64,000 nucleotides of DNA from an uncultured Planctomycetales bacterium (GCA_964583975.1 CAZOXU010000002.1:48667-112666), one strand, 5' to 3'; positions 53,437 to 62,030 are shown, numbered from the stretch's first letter. Notes: generated by a model not told the origin, from the sequence alone. Translations and numbers: made by a program.

Positions 53437-55269
53437 TCAATCAGGGTATTTAAACATCGAGCGTCCAGATTTAGCGGCATCACTCCAATCATATTGCGTC
53501 TCTAATAAGAAAATTGTTTGAATTAAAGCCAGGTGTGAATACCCTTGTGGAAAGTTTCCTGTCAAGCGCCCTGAAGCGGTTTCTATATCCTCTGAAAAAA
53601 GGCCAAATCTGTTAGCATGGGACAGTATTTTATCAAGCATATGGTGAGCTTGTTGTTCATGTCCAGTTAAATAGAGAGCATTGATCATCCAAAACGTGCA
53701 TACAATAAATGCGTTTTCCGGAACACCAAATTCATCGGATGCTTTATACCGCATTGTAAAGCCACCTTTAGTTAAATCCTTATAAGTTTTAAAGACTGTT
53801 TTAATTATGCGTGGATCTTTTTTATCTAAAAATCCATAATGAAGCATCAAGAGATTCGAAGCATCTAAATCTTTACTTCCATAAAACATTACAAAGCTTT
53901 GCTTCTCTTCATCCCACCCATTCTTAAGGATATCCTCTTTGATCTCTTGGGCTACTTTAAAATACCCTGGTGCGTATTGGTCTTTACCGATAAATTGAGC
54001 AATCTTAGCAGCTCTGTCCATAGCGACCCAACTCATCATTTTAGAATGAACAAAATGTTTCATAGGGCCACGATGTTCCCATATACCGCAATCTGGTTCT
54101 TTCCATTTAGCTTCTACCATTTTTGCTAATGATCGCACCATTGTCCAGATTTCTTCATTAATCAATAGATCATTTCTAAAATCAACTACAAACGATGTAT
54201 AAATAGTTTCAATGAGTTGCCCGTACACATCATTTTGTTTCTGCTTATAAGCAGCGTTACCAATACGCACAGGTCGGGAATTTTCATAACCATTTAAATG
54301 ATCCAAAACCTTTTCTTCAAGCTTCTCTTCCCCATTGATACCGTACATAACAGAAATTTTATAATCCTTAAGAAGCATCCTGTTAAGAATAAAATTAATA
54401 TACCTTAGAGAGGTTCTGGCATGCCCCATACGAGCATACAAATCAATAATCATTGACGCATCTCTAATCCAACAGTAACGGTAATCCCAATTGCGGTCCT
54501 TCCCCATAATTTCAGGCAAAGATGTGGTTGGAGCAGCAATAACCGCACCAGTTCTTTGAAACATCAAAAGTTTAAGAGTAATAATAGAACGAATAACTAG
54601 TTCTTTATATTTTTCTGGAATCTCCGTCCGATAGATCCAATACAACCAATAACTTTTTGTTTTTTCATATTCCAAGAAAATCTTGTCTTTTGTGATCGAT
54701 TCAATTTTCTCATGATATGATAAAAGAAAATAAGACGATTCTTTCAACTCAATTTCTCGATGATGGACAATATCTTCCATATTCAGGTTAGTATAAAGAT
54801 AATAACTATTGTATTCCCCCTCAACAGTAGTGATTTTTAAATATTCGGAATGGATTGCTAGCTTAGCTTCACTTGCTCCGTAATTAGGCCTTGGATTTAA
54901 CTCAACGGTAATAATAGGTTTTCCGCAGACCAAATAAACACTTCGATGTATTTCCGCTGGACAATAGACTTGTGCATCGTTAGTATCGAATCGAGGCATA
55001 TAATCCCTGACTTCAAAAATCCCGTCTTTGGTTTTAAAAACTGTTTTTAAGATAGGCGTTCGATGCAAATAAGACTGTTCAACACTAACAATATCCTTAG
55101 CCCAGATTTTAAAATAACCTCCTTTTTGTTTATCTAGAATACGACCAAATACGGATGAAGAGTCAAAAAAAGGAAGACACAGCCAATCAATAGAACAGTC
55201 TTCATTGACCAGCGCTGCGCTAGTACAATTTCCAATAATGGCATAATTATAATTAGATGGAATTTTCAA
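53437..55269 (-). CDS. Glycoside hydrolase family 15 protein (glucoamylase-like; putative trehalase).
   Basis: 610 aa. A GH15 (alpha/alpha)6 catalytic domain. It is clustered with otsA and otsB. Confidence 0.75.
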   Translation of the reverse strand: MKIPSNYNYAIIGNCTSAALVNEDCSIDWLCLPFFDSSSVFGRILDKQKGGYFKIWAKDIVSVEQSYLHRTPILKTVFKTKDGIFEVRDYMPRFDTNDAQVYCPAEIHRSVYLVCGKPIITVELNPRPNYGASEAKLAIHSEYLKITTVEGEYNSYYLYTNLNMEDIVHHREIELKESSYFLLSYHEKIESITKDKIFLEYEKTKSYWLYWIYRTEIPEKYKELVIRSIITLKLLMFQRTGAVIAAPTTSLPEIMGKDRNWDYRYCWIRDASMIIDLYARMGHARTSLRYINFILNRMLLKDYKISVMYGINGEEKLEEKVLDHLNGYENSRPVRIGNAAYKQKQNDVYGQLIETIYTSFVVDFRNDLLINEEIWTMVRSLAKMVEAKWKEPDCGIWEHRGPMKHFVHSKMMSWVAMDRAAKIAQFIGKDQYAPGYFKVAQEIKEDILKNGWDEEKQSFVMFYGSKDLDASNLLMLHYGFLDKKDPRIIKTVFKTYKDLTKGGFTMRYKASDEFGVPENAFIVCTFWMINALYLTGHEQQAHHMLDKILSHANRFGLFSEDIETASGRLTGNFPQGYSHLALIQTIFLLETQYDWSDAAKSGRSMFKYPD

Positions 55270-55275
55270 AAGATT

Positions 55276-56061
55276 TCACCTCACACAATATTCTAGAAAC
55301 TCAACAACTTCATCAGTATTATTTAAATAATAGTGGGCATGAGAATGTTTGGTATGCCCTACATTTATAGTGATTCCTACGTTTTTCAAAGCTAAAAAAG
55401 CATCTTCATCTGTTGTGTCATCACCGATATAAATTGGAAGAACTGGTTGTTTTGCTTTAATATTCTGATATTTCTCTAAAATCCATGTTACAACCTTACC
55501 TTTATCCCAATCTAAAGGAGACCTTATTTCGAAAACTTTCTTGCCCAGTGTAATTCGAACTTCTTTTTTAGAAGAAAATTCTTTTGTAATCTTTTTAAGA
55601 AATGTCTTAAAAATAGATTCATCCTTTGGGTTAAGCAACCTGTAATGCACACTTAAACCAAATCCTTTATCTTCCACAAAGGCCCCTTTATAAAATACCA
55701 ACTCTTTAGTAATCTTCCATTTTAAATGCTCTAAGATTTCTCTAAATCGTGAAAAAGAGGAATTCTTAAAACCAATATCTATCCCTTCAATTTCAAGACC
55801 ATGATTGCCTATGTAAACAATCTTGTCAACCCCAACTAATTGTTTTACGTCGGACATAACCCTACCACTAATAATAAAAAGATGTATCCGCTTGTTGTCT
55901 GACAACCTATTAAGAATATGCCGCATTCTCAAAGAAAGAATAGCCAACTCTGGTCTCTCAACAATAGGTGTTAACGTACCGTCATAATCCAAAAAAAGCA
56001 TTATTTGACTACTTTTTAATCGTTTTTTTAAAATATCCAGTTCTTTAATAAGATATACCAT
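55276..56061 (-). CDS. otsB: Trehalose-6-phosphate phosphatase (HAD-IIB).
   Basis: MLFLDYDGTLTPIV (the DxDGT motif); 261 aa. Confidence 0.8.
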   Translation of the reverse strand: MVYLIKELDILKKRLKSSQIMLFLDYDGTLTPIVERPELAILSLRMRHILNRLSDNKRIHLFIISGRVMSDVKQLVGVDKIVYIGNHGLEIEGIDIGFKNSSFSRFREILEHLKWKITKELVFYKGAFVEDKGFGLSVHYRLLNPKDESIFKTFLKKITKEFSSKKEVRITLGKKVFEIRSPLDWDKGKVVTWILEKYQNIKAKQPVLPIYIGDDTTDEDAFLALKNVGITINVGHTKHSHAHYYLNNTDEVVEFLEYCVR

Positions 56062-56081
56062 AATTAAAATCTTAATAGTTG

Positions 56082-57200
56082 CTACGAGACTCTCAATTTC
56101 TGTCCCAATGAAGAATGAGTATTAAGCATCTCGTTCTTTAGGTATAAAGTTTGTGTAGGATAAGCAAATTCAATTCTTTCTTTCTCAAACTCCCGCATGA
56201 TGGCTAAATTGATCGTCTGCTGTTTATCCATATAGACATTGTAATCTGAGCTTAATACATAATAGACGATCTCATAAACAAGGGCAGAATCCCCAAAACT
56301 CTGAAAATGGACCCGATCCATCTTCACCTCAGCCTTTTCTAATATATTCTGAATAATTTGAGGAATTCTTTCTACTAACTTTAATGGAGTCTGATATGTC
56401 ACCCCCACCTTAAAAGCAATTCGACGTGATTGCATACGCTTATAGTTCTTTACGCGACCTTTAGTCAAATCTGAATTTGATAAAATCAATTGTTCACCAG
56501 AAAGACTTAAAATTCGCGTTGTTTTCAATCCAATATGCTGAACCGTTCCCATGCAATCATCAATAATAATGAAATCCCCAATCTCAAATGGTTTATCCAA
56601 ATAGATCGACAAAGCGCTAAAAGCATCTCCCAACACAGCTTGGGACGCCATTGCAACAGCAACGCCCCCAATTCCAATACCGGCTATTAAAGAAGTAATA
56701 TTAACACCCAAATTATCTAGAATAAAAACCGCACCAAGAACCCATAATCCCCATTTAATTACCCATACCACACTTTTAACCAGAGCTTGAGATGATGGAT
56801 TGTCAGAACCAATGCGCTTAAGCAAGGTTTTATTCACACTATATTGGATAATTTCTTGAAACAATAAAATGGCACGAATTGTTACAACCAAGACTGCAGC
56901 ATATTTAATTAATGAACGTACTGCTTCTGGTAGGACAAGCGATGATACGGCTATATACAATGAAACAACAGTGATAACTGGCCACCCAATCTGGGAAAAC
57001 AAGCTTACAATGAAATCATCAAAATCAGAAATCGTCCTTGCCGCCAATTTCCCTAAATATTTAATAACAAATCTTTTAGCCATAGATAGACCCACAAGTA
57101 ATACAAGAAATGTCAGAAGGGAAACGACATAATCTTCAACCGTATTTTTAAATACAGTAATTTTTAGTACGACATTAAAATGATCCATAAACGTCATCAT
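56082..57200 (-). CDS. Mechanosensitive ion channel, MscS family.
   Basis: TM helices followed by the MscS beta-domain (GDFIIIDDCMGTVQHIGLKTTRI). The likely start is at 57200. Confidence 0.8.
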   Translation of the reverse strand: MMTFMDHFNVVLKITVFKNTVEDYVVSLLTFLVLLVGLSMAKRFVIKYLGKLAARTISDFDDFIVSLFSQIGWPVITVVSLYIAVSSLVLPEAVRSLIKYAAVLVVTIRAILLFQEIIQYSVNKTLLKRIGSDNPSSQALVKSVVWVIKWGLWVLGAVFILDNLGVNITSLIAGIGIGGVAVAMASQAVLGDAFSALSIYLDKPFEIGDFIIIDDCMGTVQHIGLKTTRILSLSGEQLILSNSDLTKGRVKNYKRMQSRRIAFKVGVTYQTPLKLVERIPQIIQNILEKAEVKMDRVHFQSFGDSALVYEIVYYVLSSDYNVYMDKQQTINLAIMREFEKERIEFAYPTQTLYLKNEMLNTHSSLGQKLRVS

Positions 57201-59458
57201 GCGGCCACCTCCTCCCCTTCCTTGCGAACTTGGGTCAATTGACCAACCAATTCTCCTGCCCAACGGTAAATATTGTTACTTTTTACCACCTCTCTCATTT
57301 GTTTCATACGTTGCGCTTGTTCTTCTTTAGGCATTTCCAACGCTGTATAAATTGCTTTTGAAGTTTGACCTATGTCATAGGGGTTAACGATTAACGAATC
57401 ATGCAATTCGCGTGCAGCCCCAGTAAATTGACTTAAAATTAACACTCCCTGCTCATCGTTACGGGCTGCAATAAATTCTTTAGCTACTAAATTCATCCCA
57501 TCATGCAATGATGTAACCATACAGACATCCGCCGCCTTATAAAATGGCAGTATATCCTGATGACTGTGATGCTTCATTAACAAAAGTATCGGCTGCCAAT
57601 TCTTCTTTTTAAATTTTGTATTAATTCGTTCAACTTCTTTGACTATTTCATCGATAAATTCTTTATATTTCGGAATCATGGTACGGCTAGGAGCACCTAA
57701 TTCAACGAATGTAAACTTCCCTCTAAAAAATGAATGAGTATCTAACAGGTTCTCTATAGCACGAAACCGTTCCAAAATACCTTTGGTATAATCCAATCGA
57801 TCTACCCCAACTCCAAGTAATTGAGCCTGAATACCATACTTCTTAAGAAGCATTTGCTTGTCTTCTAATGATTTAACTTCCGTTTCATCCGTAGAATCAA
57901 AACTTATACTAATAGGAAATGGTTTTATAAAAGTTGTGTGCCCTTCACGATTAATAGCAAAATGTTCATAATCAATACGTGATTCCAAGAATCGATCCAC
58001 GGATTCAATAAAATTATTACAATGAAACTGAGTATGGAATCCTAGAATATCAGCACCCAGCATTCCTTGCAGCAATTCCCTCCTCCATGGGCAAATGCCA
58101 AACGACTCCGGGTTAGGCCAAGGAATATGCCAAAATATGGCTATTTTCGCATCAGGCTTTAAAGCTTTAATCATGCTTGGTAACAAAGCAAAATGGTAAT
58201 CTTGGATTAAAATAAAAGGATTTGAAATCCCTTCTAATTCTTCTGCGACAGCCTGAGCAAATTTTTTGTTAACTGCTTTATAATCTTCCCAATCCTTAGC
58301 TCTAAAAATAGGTCTCGTATGTGCGATATGGCATAATGGCCATAGTCCTTCATTAGAAAATCCTGAATAAAATCCTTCCTCTAAATCTTTATCTATCCAA
58401 ACTCGGCGTAAGGTATATTTTGGCTCTTCCGGAGGAACCTTGATTCTGTCATTCTTATCAACTGTTTCACGATCAGCATTACCGCTGCCTTGGGCGATCC
58501 ATGTCCCCCCACAAGCATTGAGCACTGGTTCAAGAGCAGTGACTAAACCACTAGCAGGCACAATACATTCAATTTTGTTATCAGTCTTGATATGCATGTA
58601 AGGTTCTCTGTTGGAAACCACAAAAAGCGGACGATCTTCCAGCTTTAAACGAACAAATTCCTTCAACCTCTGAGGCGTCCAACGGGATTCTGAAGTATAC
58701 CGAAGACGGGCTTCTTCTTCAGCAGCTGCTCTGGCCATATCCAAGCTTTTAGCCATTTGAGTAATCTCTAGGGCCAAAGGTCCCAATAAAAGTTGTTGTT
58801 TAGCATTTAAAGGCCTGGAAGATTCACCTTTGCGAATTCTTCGTATCCACTCTGTAGTTCTTTTTATAGGAATCATGACATTGAAATAGATAACAATAAA
58901 TGTAGTCAATGAAATCAATAATGCCTGAATGAGGGCTCTCCAAAAGCTATTGATTAAAAGTCGTTGAACACGTTCACTAATAAAATCAACATCATAAAAT
59001 AATGTCAAAACATGAGTTGTTTTATCCCCCACTGTTAACGGAACCGCATAAGCATATAGCGATGCTTTCCCTAAATTAAAAAAACTCCCATAATCTGTCC
59101 CTAAACGCTCTACTTCCTGTATTCCTTCAAACAAAACTCTAGTATTAGACTCTAATTGAGGGCTAAAATCTTTTGAGGTAACTATCATATTCTCTCTAGT
59201 ATCATAAATATTGATACCAACAAGCCTTTCGCGATTAGAAAATCTATCCACTATTCGTTGTAAACTTTGAATATTCCCCTCAGCTGCTAACAACGGTTCA
59301 ACCGAAACCTTTAAACTATCTGCAATAAAACTAGCTCTTTTCTCTAGTTCATTCTTAAGACGATCTTGCTCTTGTTGAGCCTGCCAGTAAGAAAAAGCAA
59401 ACGCGACCATAGCAACAATGGATACCAACGATAGAATTAATCGTAAAGTTATTTTCAT
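57197..59458 (-). CDS. otsA: Trehalose-6-phosphate synthase (GT20) with an N-terminal TM-periplasmic-TM-HAMP-like sensor extension.
   Basis: The GT20 core starts at LFVVSNREPY. The N-terminal extension of about 300 aa has two TM helices flanking a roughly 150-aa extracytoplasmic region, then an amphipathic linker. The ATG is at 59456-59458, preceded by SD AGGAG. Confidence 0.8.
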   Translation of the reverse strand: MKITLRLILSLVSIVAMVAFAFSYWQAQQEQDRLKNELEKRASFIADSLKVSVEPLLAAEGNIQSLQRIVDRFSNRERLVGINIYDTRENMIVTSKDFSPQLESNTRVLFEGIQEVERLGTDYGSFFNLGKASLYAYAVPLTVGDKTTHVLTLFYDVDFISERVQRLLINSFWRALIQALLISLTTFIVIYFNVMIPIKRTTEWIRRIRKGESSRPLNAKQQLLLGPLALEITQMAKSLDMARAAAEEEARLRYTSESRWTPQRLKEFVRLKLEDRPLFVVSNREPYMHIKTDNKIECIVPASGLVTALEPVLNACGGTWIAQGSGNADRETVDKNDRIKVPPEEPKYTLRRVWIDKDLEEGFYSGFSNEGLWPLCHIAHTRPIFRAKDWEDYKAVNKKFAQAVAEELEGISNPFILIQDYHFALLPSMIKALKPDAKIAIFWHIPWPNPESFGICPWRRELLQGMLGADILGFHTQFHCNNFIESVDRFLESRIDYEHFAINREGHTTFIKPFPISISFDSTDETEVKSLEDKQMLLKKYGIQAQLLGVGVDRLDYTKGILERFRAIENLLDTHSFFRGKFTFVELGAPSRTMIPKYKEFIDEIVKEVERINTKFKKKNWQPILLLMKHHSHQDILPFYKAADVCMVTSLHDGMNLVAKEFIAARNDEQGVLILSQFTGAARELHDSLIVNPYDIGQTSKAIYTALEMPKEEQAQRMKQMREVVKSNNIYRWAGELVGQLTQVRKEGEEVAA

Positions 59459-59480
59459 TCTAAGAATCTCCTCTTTCTGT

Positions 59481-59565
59481 CTAAAAATAAAAAGACCACC
59501 ACTGGTTTTTAAACCAGATGGCGGCCCGACCATCAACTTATCCTCCAGGATAAAATCTAATCCTG
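59481..59565 (-). promoter_or_regulatory. Conserved leader element, copy A, in the otsA 5' leader. It has a P1 hairpin, a 22-nt box and a terminator-like hairpin with a U tract.
   Basis: Minus-sense CAGGAUUAGAUUUUAUCCUG ... UUGAUGGUCGGGCCGCCAUCUG GUUUAAAAACCAG UGGUGGUCUUUUUAUUUUU. The 22-nt box is identical to copy B at 61818-61839. Confidence 0.5.
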
Positions 59566-59598
59566 AACCCTTTTAATCCTGTTCTAGATAAATCATAA

Positions 59599-60213
59599 TT
59601 ATCGCGTCATAATTCCTTTTTTGAATACGCTAAACATATCCATAAGCCAACTCTTCTTTAAAGTAAAATTATAACCACTCAAACTCCAGTGAGTAATGGT
59701 AGATTGAATCATCCCCCAAAAGATAAAACCTGTCGCATCCACAGCAAGATCCTTACGAAAAATGCCTAACCTTACACCTTGGGTTAAAATAGACTCAATG
59801 GTATTTAAATATTTCTCAACAACCCCAAACATTTCTCTACGAAGAGTTTTATCATGCAAATTTAAAGACTCATTAATTAGGATAAACGATACCCCCTTGC
59901 GTTGTTCCGCATAGGATAGATGCGCAAAGAAAATATTTTCTAGTTTCTGTAGAGGATCAGATTCTTGATTAGCAGCATTCTTAATGGCACCCAAGAGGGT
60001 CTCTTCAATATCTTCAATTAGAAGACTGAGAATTTTCTTCTTACTCTTAAAATGTCTATACAATGCGCCATCGGTGATGTCAAGATCTGCCGCAATTCCT
60101 CGAACAGTTAAATTCTTAATTCCATCGGCAATAATAATCCGCCTTGCGGCATTAACAATTTCCTGTTGACGAACAGTCCTTTTGTGATGCTGAATTTCTA
60201 TTGTCGATTCCAT
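59599..60213 (-). CDS. TetR-family transcriptional regulator.
   Basis: N-terminal HTH (ARRIIIADGIKNLTVRGIAADLDITDGALYRHFKSKKKIL); 204 aa. Confidence 0.8.
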   Translation of the reverse strand: MESTIEIQHHKRTVRQQEIVNAARRIIIADGIKNLTVRGIAADLDITDGALYRHFKSKKKILSLLIEDIEETLLGAIKNAANQESDPLQKLENIFFAHLSYAEQRKGVSFILINESLNLHDKTLRREMFGVVEKYLNTIESILTQGVRLGIFRKDLAVDATGFIFWGMIQSTITHWSLSGYNFTLKKSWLMDMFSVFKKGIMTR

Positions 60214-60235
60214 TAGAAAGCCTTTTCATTAGAAT

Positions 60236-60253
60236 AGTAAGCAAGTGCTTACT
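60236..60253. promoter_or_regulatory. Candidate TetR autoregulatory operator (palindrome) overlapping the tetR promoter.
   Basis: Perfect inverted repeat AGTAAGCA-AG-TGCTTACT, 23 nt upstream of the tetR ATG. A -35 TTGACA (minus-sense, plus-strand 60280-60285) lies upstream. Confidence 0.45.
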
Positions 60254-60502
60254 TGTGACAATATCACCTATTTAAATAATGTCAAGTTCTCAAATAGAAC
60301 CTAACTCTGCTCTTCCATCCAAGCAGCCACGATCTTTTTACTATTAAAATTATTTTCTAATAGACGACTAACCAAGAATTACTGAAGTTGTAACGACCAA
60401 ACATCAGTAAAACAAGCAATTTAATATCCAGCTGATTGTAGTTCAACTTTTTCTTGATTTGGATTAGATAATTTAGTCATGCTTTCTCCCTTTGAAACTT
60501 TA

Positions 60503-61774
60503 TTAACCTAAAAACCGATACAATACTAAATAAGAGCCAACTCCAGCAAAATAACCTAATAGAGCTGGGAATGACGCTTTTCTTAAATACCAAATAAAAT
60601 TGATCTTCTCTATCCCCATAACTACCACACCTGCTGCTGATCCAATAATAAGAACACTTCCACCTGTCCCAACACTAAAAGCCAAAAGCTCCCACAACTT
60701 GGAATCCATGGGAAAATGCGCCAGATCATACATTCCCATGGTAGCAGCTGTTAGAGGAACATTGTCCACAATCGCAGATAGAAGCCCCAGGGCGACTGCA
60801 ATGATGTCTTTATTATTAAGTGTCGTATCCATAAACAATGCCAATCTGGACAATAATCCGGATGTTTCAAGAGCAGATACTGCCAGCAAAACAGATAGAA
60901 AGAATAGAATACTAGACATGTCTATATGATTAAGCGCATGGGGAACTTTTAAATGCTCCTTAGTCTTATGAATGATATCTGTTAATAACCATAATAAACC
61001 CAAACCAAAAAGCACCCCTATGAATGGCGGAAGACCCGTCACTCCCTTAAAAATCGGTACAAGTATCAATGAGCCTAACCCAAGATAAAATACCCTTTTA
61101 GTTCCAACAACCTTTTCATCATTTGTTGAATCAATTCTTGGAATTTCTCCATCCTTCATCGTCAATGTAAAATAAATTAAAGGGACAACCATGGCAACGA
61201 CACTTGGAATAAAAAGCATTTGAATAATCCTTGATGCGCTGACCTGTCCGCCAATCCATAACATGGTGGTGGTAACATCCCCTATGGGAGACCAAGCGCC
61301 GCCAGCATTTGCAGCAATAATAATCATACTGCCAAAAATAAGACGATCATTCCTATCGCTAATAAGACGAGATAGCAGAGAAACCATAACAATTGAGGTT
61401 GTTAAATTATCTAGAACGGCTGATAAAAAAAACGTGCTCAGTGAGATCACCCATAACAACGATCTCTTCTTTCTTACCTTCATGATATTTGTAACAACCT
61501 GAAATCCATTGTGCGTTTCCATTAATCGCACAATAGTCATAGCTCCAATCAAAAAGAATACAATCTGAGCCGTGCTCTCTAAATGATGAGAAAGACTATC
61601 TACGACACCATGTATATTTCCTCCGGTCAGATGTAGATGCTCTTCAGCTAGAAGAACCCAACAAATAACCGCAGTTATCATGGCTGAGGAAGCTTTATTT
61701 ATACCGATGACATGCTCCATCGCCATTGCCCCATACCCAAGCACAAACACAATCATAATCAAATTCTCAAACAT
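60503..61774 (-). CDS. NhaD/ArsB-superfamily Na+/H+ antiporter (NhaD-type).
   Basis: About 12 TM helices. It is similar to NhaD/citrate-transporter-fold permeases. The ATG is at 61772-61774 (MFENLIMIV...). The longer ORF-track start is a TTG and overlaps the leader terminator. Confidence 0.7.
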   Translation of the reverse strand: MFENLIMIVFVLGYGAMAMEHVIGINKASSAMITAVICWVLLAEEHLHLTGGNIHGVVDSLSHHLESTAQIVFFLIGAMTIVRLMETHNGFQVVTNIMKVRKKRSLLWVISLSTFFLSAVLDNLTTSIVMVSLLSRLISDRNDRLIFGSMIIIAANAGGAWSPIGDVTTTMLWIGGQVSASRIIQMLFIPSVVAMVVPLIYFTLTMKDGEIPRIDSTNDEKVVGTKRVFYLGLGSLILVPIFKGVTGLPPFIGVLFGLGLLWLLTDIIHKTKEHLKVPHALNHIDMSSILFFLSVLLAVSALETSGLLSRLALFMDTTLNNKDIIAVALGLLSAIVDNVPLTAATMGMYDLAHFPMDSKLWELLAFSVGTGGSVLIIGSAAGVVVMGIEKINFIWYLRKASFPALLGYFAGVGSYLVLYRFLG

Positions 61775-61785
61775 AAATATCCTTT

Positions 61786-61864
61786 CCCAAAAAAAGCCGT
61801 CACCTGATTTTTTCAATCAGATGGCGGCCCGACCATCAAAAAAACCTCTGGAGAGAAACTCCAG
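61786..61864 (-). promoter_or_regulatory. Conserved leader element, copy B, in the nhaD 5' leader.
   Basis: Minus-sense CUGGAGUUUCUCUCCAG ... UUGAUGGUCGGGCCGCCAUCUG AUUGAAAAAAUCAGGUG ACGGCUUUUUUU. The box is identical to copy A. The terminator hairpin covaries. Confidence 0.5.
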
Positions 61865-61992
61865 ACCCAAATCATATTAACAAATAAGGATTAATATGCA
61901 ATAACACTTTGGATTCTAATAATTTAATTTCACCTACTTCAATGGAGATTAATTATAAACGGAAGAATAAGTTGAAAATTGACACAAAGACA

Positions 61993-62030
61993 TAAAAAAT
62001 CCCCACAACAGCATTGCTATTGCGGGGATT
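61993..62030 (-). terminator. Rho-independent terminator downstream of tRNA-Ser.
   Basis: Minus-sense AATCCCCGCAATAGCAATGCTGTTGTGGGGATTTTTT. Confidence 0.5.

Noticed and set aside
59515-59536. An alternative reading of the 22-nt conserved box as a sigma-70 promoter (TTGATG-N17-TTTAAA/TTGAAA) or as a DNA operator (GATGG-N8-CCATC inverted repeat).
   Set aside because: The spacer is unusually GC-rich and the -10 match is poor. In both copies a covarying hairpin with a U tract follows on the coding strand, and a structurally conserved but sequence-divergent hairpin precedes. This fits a transcribed RNA element better. It is still listed as the main refutation route in the findings.
60420-60479. 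A 19-aa minus-strand ORF (MTKLSNPNQEKVELQSAGY) immediately downstream of nhaD.
   Set aside because: It is too short, has no SD, and lies 3' of a gene rather than in a leader. It is probably chance.
61775-61816. The N-terminal extension of the NhaD ORF (MKKSGDGFFWERIF...) given in the ORF track.
   Set aside because: It initiates at TTG. It would also translate through the conserved leader box, the terminator hairpin and the poly-U tract. The downstream ATG at 61774, with its GAAAGGA SD, is far more plausible.
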